NCBI RefSeq assembly: GCF_022539665.2
Contig: NC_081333.1
Location: 9,486,001 to 9,550,000 of the forward strand
Origin: Daphnia carinata
Lineage: Eukaryota
DNA: 64,000 nt
Direction: 5' to 3'
Shown: positions 24,502-35,400 of the stretch, piece by piece
Layout of the letters: each line of letters starts with the position of its first letter
How positions within the stretch are numbered: the stretch's first letter is position 1
Translations under genes and position numbers: made by a program
The notes under the pieces: model-generated
The model's input: only the letters and a program-made list of their open reading frames with translations
The model's database searches: none
Told to the model about the DNA's origin: nothing

Positions 24502-27500
24502 AGACCTAAGGAGGAAGAAAAAAAAAGATGAGAAAGAGGCCAGCCGGAAGTGTTCAGAGATTATTAAACGAGACTTAAAGAAATCGAAAGAACAAAAAAA
24601 TAATTAAAAAAAAAAAGACAAAAAAAAGGTTTGAAAGAGAGAGTTGGCTCGTCTTGTTTGTTGCCTGCGAAACACTTCCGAAATGACTATTCTTCATTTT
24701 GTGTTCGATGGTCGATGGGTGGTTGGGCCAGCAGCAAAAGAAAACCGTAAGCACCACAGCCAAATCGTTCATCTTTTGCCATTGGACGACTCTGCCCTTA
24801 ATCATGTCCCTTTTTTTTATTTTTTTTTATTTTTCTTTTTCTTCTTCTTCTTCGTTTCGGAACAAAATAGAAACGGCTGACTATAGCGACTATACAAACT
24901 TTCCCCCTATTTGCTTCTAAGGCTCTGTTACCTTCCACATCTTGAAATGCTGCGATAGCGTCCGTCTATTGCTCTCCACAGCCTGACTGACCGATGGTCA
25001 TCTATGTCAATGGTCCTCATTTTTTTTTTCTCCCTAAACAAAATTTTCTCTCCGCTTCGTGTCAAAATTTTTATTTATTTATTTTGCCTTCCGCCATTGG
25101 CCTAGAATTTCTGTCTCTTGCTCCCCGTCCCTTGCTCTCGGCCCCCTTTTTTTTGCTCCCCGCTCGAGTCGCTATAGTCGAGCGATCTACCACGCAGATC
25201 TGACAGTTTCTTTCGTCGTAGGACATCATTGTCTTCCCGAAGAGTTTATATCGAGAGTGAGGTTAAAAAATCGACTGTGAGAGAAAGTGAATGGATGTGA
25301 TCAAAAAGGCTACAAATGGTTCAATTCCCGCCCCGATTCACGAGAATTGGTTCTTCCCGTAAGGCGTCCATTTAAAGCCTAGTCAGCTCAAGAGACTTTT
25401 TTTTTTCCCTTTTTTTCTTCTTCGTCTTCTCTGCGTGTAGGTTTCGTGTCGGAAATAGGGAATGGAAATAAAATTGTTGAGGGAAGGACCATGATATTAA
25501 TTCATGAAGAATGAAATGAGAAGTCAAGTGTGGCGCAGTATAATTTCTCGACTCTCTATGCCAACAATTTTGCTACAGTGCATCTCTTTCACCATGTTTC
25601 TTGTACACTTCTAAAGTTTTTTCCAACACTTTGCGTGCTCGGAGGGTGGTCCAAAACATCGGCGAAAAGATTTCAGAAAACGGAAGAACTGAAATTCAAG
25701 AAACGTTCGTAAGGAACAAAATCACGTCATATTCTTTATTTTTTTTTTTTTTTTTAAGAATCAGTTCCCTCCATCAAACAAAATGTATCCATCACCTCTA
25801 TTTCTAATCTAACCGCACTTTCGCCACCCCCTGCGGTGTAACACCGACATGGTTCTCGTGTAATTTCCCTTTCACATCCCGCCATGCTCTCCGATTTATT
25901 ATTATTTTTTCTTCAGAGATGGCAAATCCATTTCTTTATTGTAATTTTTTTTTTCGATATCTAGATTCACTTCAAATCCATCTTGTGTTGATGATATGAT
26001 TTTTGTCTTTTCACTTCTTCCCCATTCTTCCTCTCAATACGTGTGAAGTCGGCCACGTTTGTGTACAGATGTGTCTTTTTTTGGTAGCATGTGGAACAAT
26101 ACACTGACCTTTTATGATGGGGTGTTCCCTTTGCTTATGTAACACTACATACATACACACAGGGGTCATTGGGTACGTTCGTCCTGCGCCCAACAGCTTG
26201 GTTGGTCTCAAGGCTACTCTGGCATGACCATCCAAGCAAATGGGGATAAATTTGTTCATTGCGAACAGAAGCTTACCTAGTACCTTTAGATGTCTCCAAA
26301 CAGCAGCCTTGGCATAATCGATGCGGATGTATCCTTTGAAGGTTATAACCAGTTTTGCACAAGGAATGTCGATAAAATAAGCATGTGGCATTGATCGTTT
26401 TCAGTGTTCGAAAGGCACTGCTAGCCGATCAACGAAGTAAGTTTCAAGTATCAGTCCGTATTTTTCTAATAATTTAAAGACTTAATTAATCTACACTATT
26501 TTAATTTTTTATTTGCCAGGCACTCTTTGGAATTTCGTTTTTCGCCTCAAGGATTTCAAAATTCGAACTTGGTGGAATGTATTCACGAGAAACTCGATTG
26601 ACTAGATAACTGCTCTCGTAAATTGATTAACATAGATAAACATCACTGAATAGATTTCTTTTTCTCTTTTTTCAGTTGGAGACCTTTCCTGAATTACCGA
26701 TTTTGTGGAAGTGAGCCAGCTGGCATCGAATTACAGCGGGTCAGCTGAAATTCGAGCCAGTTTTTTTAGAAAGAATCTTGCAACTTAATTCGGGTACCGT
26801 AAAGTGTACAAACACGGATCTCATTTCATTAATTTACAAATAGAAAATCCAAAACGACGATGGATGTCGGGCTGTTAGTTCAAGCCAGAACAGCCTGCAG
26901 GAAAGGACGAGGCAGTTAACACGTGGGCGATCTAAAACTCTGCAAGACCGTGTGACGTCACTTGCGGACGGACCCAAAAGCATTCAGGAAAATTAAGACG
27001 AAGTCGGATAAAAGAAAGCTTTCACCCTCTAGAGGCCCTTTGTATTATTAAATACGATCCTTGCTTTCGAGCAGTGAGTGGCCGAACGTTGGGTGGCCAT
27101 GATGTTCGTCGGAGAAGTCATTAAGGATGGCAACTGTTCAAATGAGAAATGGGACGCCGCAACTTGCTATAAAGGGAGAGTAATATCTCAGGGCCTCCTC
27201 ATTTAGCACGCAGACCATGTAGACAAATTCAAAACGCGTGCAGGCCTTCCCAACATCAACATGGAATAGAATTTCCATGAAACATTGGTCGGTTGGATAC
27301 ATACGTACCAGCCTCCGGCCAATTTTGACCTGTCATTTGAATAGCACGTAGCCATCACGTGATCGCCCGTTAGCTTTATGAATCCGATTTGCGGGGAAAA
27401 CCACAGTGTTCGTTGCAGCATCTTCCTTTTTCGTACGCACGATGTTAACTTTCAAAATGATGGTAGGAGTCTAATTGGATACCAAACGATTTCTTTCGTG

Positions 27501-28440
27501 AAATACCAAACAAAAAAACGTTTTTCTTCCATAACGAGGAGAAATCCGTGCGCGGAAGTTCAAGAATACATTTGGTTTCAAGGAGCCTGAGATATTAAAA
27601 CATCAAGAACACAAACTTCAGCATGATGGAGGACAAGGACAAATCCCGAAACTGATTTTACACGTTAAAATGATAGACTTGTAAAGCATGAGCCAGATTT
27701 TCCTTTCCACTTTCTTTTTTTTTTTTTTTTTGTGTTCTTCTAATTATGTCGAGTGTAAAAGAAAGCAGATCTGAGTTCCATATTTAATAGTAAAATGGAT
27801 CGACTGTACAAAGAAATGTCAAGGCTGGAAATGTAAAGCATTTAATAATGCGGTAGCCGTCCCAAAAGACGGGAGGAGCGAACGTGAAACCAGTAGTAAC
27901 TGGATCTGTCTGGTCCTCGATTCACCAGCAATATGTTTCCTTAGCTTTCAGCGATTGTTCTCAGTCGTTTCGTTTGGCAAAAGTGTCTGGTTTGTGCGCA
28001 AAAAAGAGTGTGATTAAAATGTTAAAACCAAGTGGGTTAAGGCTGGAAGATGTTTTAGTTGAGACAAGGTCTTGGCTTTGTGTGTCTCAGCTGCTTACAA
28101 ACATGGGAGAATGTAATTGAAAGACATAGGAAGCTAGTTTCAACATAAAGGCCATTTTACTAAAATACCCTCTCTAAGGCTAGCCACATGATCGGCGAAA
28201 GACATATAAAAGCTTTTTAAAAAACACAGCCGGTGAACAGTGAAAGAGATGAGAGAATAATACCGTTCGTGGAACAACTTTTCGAGCCAGCAGAACTCAA
28301 AAATGAACTTTAGCTTTCTCCACTGTTGATACGCAGTTGTATTGAAATCTATACTCTTGTTTGTGGTCTACAAAAGACAAAAACTTCGTAGATTTCTTAA
28401 CTAAGACAACAAAACAAAGGCAAATCGACAATGTTGAGAA

Positions 28441-28449
28441 TGATGCAAA
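28441..28449 (+). promoter_or_regulatory. C/EBP-ATF composite (AARE/CARE)-like element TGATGCAAA upstream of the small-ORF gene; second copy TGATGCAAC at 29957-29965
   Basis: Matches the TGATGxAAx consensus; a short motif that can occur by chance. Confidence 0.35.
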
Positions 28450-28751
28450 CTGTACGTGATTTATTGCACGTGCCAAATATATCTTCAGGGGGATAGCAAC
28501 AGGTGGTCCAATGGCCTTTTATTTTTGTTTCTTGAAAGAAAATGTATATTCCGTGCACCTTCTTTTTCTACTTACTGGCACTCAGGGGCGTTTTCCTTAA
28601 AAATAACTAAAAAACGAAGAAAAGTCCTATCGCACAGGTCCCTCCCCACCCTCTCCTCCTTCTGTCCTCCATCTCCTCTAGTCTAGGAGTTTCAAGTCAA
28701 AACACACGTTCAGAGTGAACGGTTACCCCACCGGTCTGTACGGCGTGGGGG

Positions 28752-28790
28752 TATAAATGGCCGACCCTTCTCTCTGATCCAGCACAGTCA
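28752..28790 (+). promoter_or_regulatory. TATA box (TATAAA 28752-28757) with an Inr-like CAGTC about 30 nt downstream
   Basis: Spacing typical of arthropod core promoters; followed by a spliceable exon chain. Confidence 0.65.
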
Positions 28791-28897
28791 ACCTTCCGAC
28801 ATTGTTTAGAATCGGTCAGTCAACTCATTCGCTTCTGTCTCACCTCTAACTTGTTTGATCATCAACGGAAGCTATTTACTTCGATCATCTCTAAATT

Positions 28898-28909
28898 ATG
28901 ATTTACTAG
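28898..28909 (+). other. Minimal uORF1, ATG ATT TAC TAG (MIY*)
   Basis: First ATG after the predicted TSS; ends 18 nt before the ORF2 start. Confidence 0.55.
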
Positions 28910-28927
28910 TACAAAGCATTCGTGTTA

Positions 28928-29279
28928 ATGAAGAACTTCCCTCTCTCAAGCTACGACTTGCTGCTGCTACTTAACGCCAAGTAAGAAATCAGCTGATTGT
29001 TTTGTTTTTCTTATCTCTTGGTTTCGTTTCCAAGTTCGCTTATGCAAAATTACTATGGTTAGGCTGTTATTACATTATCTTTCCTTTTTTTCTGCTTTCG
29101 TAGTTTAAATAAAAACCTACAATCCCTCCTGGGCAGCCGTCTGGGAAACTCAGGCAATCAAAAAGAATTAAGGGTAAGTCGTAAAAACTGTGTAACATTT
29201 TGTCAAATAACTGCGATAAATCAAATTTCGTTGTCTTTCTTGTTCACAGGTTTTGACGTTGCTTCACTACGTTCCTTGA
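28928..29279 (+). CDS. Spliced 50-aa upstream ORF MKNFPLSSYDLLLLLNANLNKNLQSLLGSRLGNSGNQKELRVLTLLHYVP*. Exons 28928-28980, 29104-29173, 29250-29279
   Basis: Donors gtaaga and gtaagt, polypyrimidine acceptors tag and cag; frame stays open across both junctions. Confidence 0.7.
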
Positions 29280-30073
29280 GGTGAGCATCCATTTGCTTTT
29301 TTTTTTCCTTTGTCTCCATGTCGCGTCTGGTTCTTCTGCTCTGTTGCAATACCCTAAATGGCAGGTTCAAAACAACTGACGAAAAGCAAAAAAGAAAAAT
29401 CTACTCGTTTCGTCAGTTGGGCTTTTTCCTTTTTTGAGGTCATCAGGGGCCTCGAGCGATTTGCTGTTTAAAAGTTCTGCGTTTTTTAAAGTAGATTTCA
29501 CGGGGAAAGGCAGGACGTATAGAGGGTAACCAAAACAGTTGCTTCCATGGTTTTTTGGTGTGGCTCGTGATGACTAGTCCCTGGCCGGTTTCGCGATCAC
29601 GTGTACAGTACGTGATCTCTTGATTCGAAATTCTTTGTCTTTTAAAGCAACCGCCTGCGGATTTATACTGAAGGATATTTACAACGCTGAAAGTTTACCG
29701 AGACGTATGCAAACAAGGAAAAGAAAATGGGAAAATGGAGAAAACCCTTTCTAGCGTAACAAGGGAAGTAGTGAGGTTGAATGGAGACCTTGTTCACTGG
29801 CTAGCCAGGATTTCCTTTTCGACTGTGAAGATTATTTGCAAAAGCGGATCAAGGTTCCCAGCCTCACTGGGATATTCAAATGGTACCATATATAAAGCCA
29901 TGCTCGTCCTGCATATTCGTAGGCAGATCTTGCCGGTCGATAGTCAAACCGAGACTTGATGCAACTTTAGTTCCTCGTGTGCAAACCATTCAATGTTATC
30001 CGTAGCCAAATCTCAATCGTATTTAATTTTTCTTCGTCTTCCTTCGGTATATTTAGTTTTGCCAAACACGAAA

Positions 30074-30385
30074 ATGGTGCAAGAATCCGGATCCAAATCT
30101 CAGATGAATGTCAACACGGCCGTCTCACGCAAAGACACTGGATACGTGAGCGATCCAGCGGCTGGCAGGTAACGACGGATGTGAAATCAATTCTATCATT
30201 TCTTAATTGTTTCTTTTGTGGGGTGAAAAAAAATGCGCAGGTCTTACAGCCAAATTGGCGTTAAGCAGCACTACGACTCGTCGAAAAGTTATTCGTCGGG
30301 TCAGAAGATGGACTCCCAAAAGTACGGAGCATGGGGCCCGGTCTACAAGAACAAAGACAATTTCGCCAGCATGCACCTCTTTTAA
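30074..30385 (+). CDS. Spliced 79-aa small protein MVQESGSKSQMNVNTAVSRKDTGYVSDPAAGRSYSQIGVKQHYDSSKSYSSGQKMDSQKYGAWGPVYKNKDNFASMHLF*. Exons 30074-30168, 30241-30385
   Basis: Strong start context aaaATGG, 72-nt GT-AG intron, GC-richer coding-like composition, AATAAA at 30532-30537. Confidence 0.75.
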
Positions 30386-30577
30386 AATTCCACACTGAAA
30401 AAGTGCAAACCCCTTTGTTTACTCATATTCGTAATTTAAAAAACATTGTAGTATTCACACAACTTCACACAAAGCAGAAGTTTACATCATTTGGGGAATT
30501 TTTAATTTTCTTTGCATTCTTTGAAAGGTTAAATAAACATAAAAGAATTGTTTTAATAATTGGAACAACCGATTTAA

Positions 30578-32450
30578 TTAGTTACACGGGTAAACTACCA
30601 AATCTTTGGTAGGCTTCCTATTGCCACCGCTGAAATCGAAACCCAGGATCGAAGTATCGAGAGCCGTATACATTTCGGATGAATCGAAATCTAAACTATA
30701 GACAGGTGACCGCAATTCAGGTTTAACGTAATAAAGTTGAACACATCGCGTTTGTCTCTTATCCCAAAGGCGGATTCCTCCATGCGTCGCTGTTCCCGTC
30801 AAGATGGTCATATTGTTGTCAGTTGCAATACAATTGATAGCGGAATCGTGAGGATCGTCCCATACCGAGACATTGCTTTGGGTTCTGAATTATTGGGGGA
30901 AGAAAACGTTAGAACCGTCAATCCATGTGAAAAATCACTAAATTAAAAAAAAAAAATTCACCTCAAATCCCAAAGGCGTAAGGCGGAGTTGAAATCACCC
31001 GTCAGTACTTCGTTAGGCGATTCAAAATGCACGTCATAAACACCTTCGCCGACTCGAAAATGTCTCCGTAGGGGACAAATTAAGGCACCACTAAAAATGG
31101 AAAGCCGTTTAGTCGCGGTTAATGACTGATGTCTTCATAATCAAACAAGGTCGAATCCGAGTGCTTTACGTACGTTGTCAAGTCAAACAAATGAGACGGT
31201 GGAACACCACCATGTCCAGCAGTCCCCGTACACAATAAGGTACCGGATGGGTCGATATCAAGCGACAATATTCTGTCATCTAAATAAATCTCTTCAGCGG
31301 TATAAATACTTTTCCAACTATGATATGAAATTGAATGGTCAAATCGAAGTACCTAATGAAACAATAACACATTTGACGTTAAACAACAATGGTAAGAAAA
31401 TATACTCTAGCTTCATACCTTGACAAATTTGTCTCTCCCTCCAGACACAATCACATTGTTGAATACGTTGACAGCGGCAACGTCGGATGAATGGCAATTT
31501 GTTTTTTTAAATTGCAGTCTTCCTGTAGATGCCCTCCAAATGAAAATGGATCCATTTCTAAACCGAATGGATTGAAACATTGAAACCGTAAATAACAACA
31601 CAAAGAATATTACGTATCGCCCGCAACGACCACATCTTCATCCCCACTTTTGACGGTAAACCGACTCAAATCTCCTCTAGAACTAGAAAGATTAAGAGTT
31701 GGTCTCATTCTCCCCCGTAAAGATTTACTGTGAAGAAAAGCACATGGTTGGATCCTAGGATATGCTCTGATATGACTTCCTAGATGTAATTTACAGTTTT
31801 ATTATTACATATTTTAAGGTTAGTACATTCTTTTTCTTATGTTAAAACAATGGGGATACAAAGCTTTTTCTCATTTACCTGTTCCAACCCAAAGCACATC
31901 AGATTTCAGAACCAACCATGGAAGTACATGTCTGGAATTTTTAGATAGAGCTTTAGATGCTGATATTCTAAGTAGAATAGTGTAAAAAGAATTTATATAA
32001 TAGTCTCACTTTTCACGAACTGACACAACTGGTTTAACCAGACAGACCCCTGTTTTCCAGTGATTGTAAATTCTGAATCTTAGTTGTGCAGATAAAGAGC
32101 TGTGATTCCTGTAATGCAAAGGGGAAAAAACCAATGTGAAAGAATCAATGCTAATATGTCTTGGCTTACTTGGATCGAAAAATTGAAGATGACTGATTAA
32201 CAAGCAGGAGCTGCCTTGTTACTTGTTCCCAGAGGAAACTATCTGTTCCCAATATGGTATAAAATCGGTGACAGACTTGAGCAATGGAAGGCCACCAACG
32301 CTGCCCACACATTGCAAAAATGTGTAATAAAATATCAGTTGGCAAATTGGCCAATGATGTGGGATGTTCGTCATCGAGTATCGCTAACGAGCCCGTGCTA
32401 AGAGAACTGTTACCGTCTACATTGGCATCCAATTTCGACGTGTAACTCAT
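30578..32450 (-). CDS. FBXW4: F-box/WD40 protein, FBXW4 (dactylin)-like, about 8 exons
   Basis: F-box LANLPTDILLHIF, WD repeats (VIVSGGRDKFVKV), C-terminal GIRLWDKRQ..SPVYSLDFD..YTALD typical of FBXW4; short GT-AG introns. Confidence 0.85.
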
Positions 32451-35400
32451 TCTAATTTTAAAAATCTACTGAGAAGAGTGAAGCATGATCTCATTTCCCT
32501 TTACTCCTAATAGTCCGATTAATAGGCAAGACAGCCAACTACAAACCAAATTGCTAAATGACGTTGAATAAATCAAGCGTGTAAAGTTTAAACTTTTTTG
32601 GTCTGCGGATGACATTATTTTTCTTTTGTAAAAACAAATGACGATCCGAGCACGTATTACCCGAGAAGGCCACTAGAGGCGATACTAGCTTCCATTATTC
32701 GTCCTGTAGAATCCAAATACGCAGGAGAAATAGACAAACAAAAAAATTTACACGACAATCGCTCTTCGAATCACACTTCTACTATCCATCAAGGACATAC
32801 GTGATATTCATACCATTAAAAATTAAAAAAACAAACAAGCAAATGGAAAATCACACCCGCCCAGCCCAGAATTTCGTACGTATTGGCGAAAGAACAATGT
32901 CAAGTTGTGACGCATTATACCTGTCAGTTATTTAGCATTAGCCTCTTAATTACACTACACGGATTGACAATTGGATCGGTATCTATACTTTATTGCTTCA
33001 TTTTTTATTTCCATCATTTTTTTCACGTCTGATTAGAAAGTTAAATGACATATATCGCAGGAAACTTTTGTGATAAAGAAATTTTTATTTCGCTTTAGGT
33101 TTTCAGTTTCCATCTCAACGTGCCCGAGTCAACATTGGTTGAGCTGCAGTGCGTCAGAGTGGCGCTTCGATCGGTCGGCAAAACTTTGGCAGCGTTTCAT
33201 TCGAGACGATCAGTGTCTTCTGCGGAGTCGTAGTTGTTATCTACTCTCCTGTGCTTCATCTACCCATCGTCAGTTTACCGAATTACCTTCACGTGTTTCC
33301 AAGGCCACTCAACATGTTGAACGTCCGGTTCGTCAAAGATGTCGTATAGAAGTTACAGCCATCAGGTAAGGAAATAGAAATTGGCAAACATTCACGTAGT
33401 CAGTACTTCATAGCCCTAGGGTCAAGGTCTTGGCCAGCAGATGATGTGCTCAAGCAAGTTTCTGTTGGCAATCTTCCAAAAAATTTTGAAGGTTAAAGCT
33501 AGACGTAGAGCAGGAAATTGAAGTCTTGTTTCATGACTAAGTTTTTCACTCGATCGATATGGGCACATTTTGGAGCCCAAGCAAGGTCGGTCGAGCGGGT
33601 GGATTTGATTGTTTACAAAATTTTTGTTAAAAGTCGCCGCTAGATGACAGCTCGGGAATTAGGGTCGCCCATTACAATCATAGGCGCCTCGATCTCAATT
33701 GACGATCTCGCGGGATCTCGCACAATTCTTTTTATTTCACGTTTTCCATTTCGTACGAAACAAAGAGAATCGTCTGTAGGTAAAATTCACATGGGATTGC
33801 AATAAGTGACAATATTAAAGCTGATATCGGCAGTAACAAAATGGAATTAGGCGATACATTGTGACGATGAGGGGAGTCTTTCGATGATAAAAGAAACAGC
33901 GCTATCAGCTCTAGACGAAACAAAAGCTAGGCGGGCGGATCGATGTCGTTGACGTCACAGAAAACCCACCGATTGCCTATCTTTCGATACCCAACATTGT
34001 CGTGGAAGCAATTCGCCATTCACCGTCATATATTTTTCGTCTGTCTATCAGTCTGAAAAAAAAACTGCCGAATTTTGCACGTGAAAATCTAATTCAATTT
34101 GACAGGTTCGTGCGACGAATGATTCCTTTTATTCCCGTTGTACTGTAAAGTAAAATTACATTCAAGGAAAGCCCAATTTCGATTAAACTAAAAGAACCGT
34201 TGATTTCCACTTGTTGTGAAACTGAAAGTAGATATCCATCGTTTGACTATGGGCGTATTAAAGGCTCAAGTAATGTCGTAATTCTTTTCCATATTAATGT
34301 TATGTCGGGTTGGTGTCGATAGCTATCATAACGCCTGTCTGAGAAAAAAAAAGGGAACGGACGGGATCTGGCGACGCAGACTCCTGCGTGGCTTTCAGTC
34401 AGGTCTCCGCCCACGTTAGCGTGAGCGACGCCAGCAACAACTTTGCACGTGCGTGTCTCGAACCCAAAAGCAGTGCCCGTGAGCAGTGAAGGCGGACAAC
34501 AGGGAGAATTTCAAAAGAAAAATGTATCTGTAACAAAAAGATCAGTGCGGCTGATCCAGTCGGGGCTTCCAAACGTCATCAAGCCGAGCTCGTCCCAATC
34601 AAGACATTCGTTGTGTTTGCGTCATTCAAAGAATTCTGTACATGTGTGTGTGTGTTTCTCCTCTGTGTTTTTATTCGTTTGTGATTGAAATCACAGGCGA
34701 AGCTGCTGATAATGACAGAAAGTAAGTCACAAACACGACGGATTTTGAGTTAGGCATGTTTTCGTTTCTATTCTTGTTTTTTATTCGATGGGGATTTGTA
34801 GGAAACGAATTTTCTCAAAGTTTTAAGCTTTAACAGCGATTCTTACTTGCCTGTTTACATCTACCATGAAATTCTGTGCGCGAGGCATGAATGAACTGTT
34901 CACACGCAAGGGAAGTAGCACCTTGTCAAGTTGCAAATTTTTTCTTTTTTTACATTTCTTCGATGTAGAATTGCAACCAAAATGATAGGAGTAAACTTTG
35001 AAAGGTGCAAAAAAAGAAAAAGAATCGTCGTATTCGCAGTTTGATCAATACTCTTGCAAACTTTGGCACAGACTCGTTGAATCTTTCATCGTTATTAGAT
35101 TACAATTTGTATGTTGATGGAATCCCACTGAAACTCGCCGGCGCATTGTACAATTAAGTTATGTTTGTGTGTGTGTGTGTGTGTGTGTCTGCTTTCCATC
35201 TTGGCGGCTCCATACTTTTGCAGGCATACAAAACAAATCGTGCGCGTGCATTAAAAAAGGCCGGAGTTTCAACAGTATTGACCCATCGGGTTTCTTCTTA
35301 GCACTCTCATTGGCATGGCTAATGAGATCTCTACAACCTGTGCCCTCCAAGCATGCAGATCAGGCACTGCACATTATTTGCATTTGTCCCTCTGGCCCCA

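Noticed and set aside
12725..25978. Exact 15-mer GATTCACTTCAAATC at 12725 and 25964
   Set aside because: A few 15-mer matches are expected by chance in 64 kb of AT-rich DNA
33070..33369. Overlapping ORFs in an exon-like block (donor at about 33366)
   Set aside because: No supported start or protein motif; more likely a non-coding exon transcribed divergently from FBXW4
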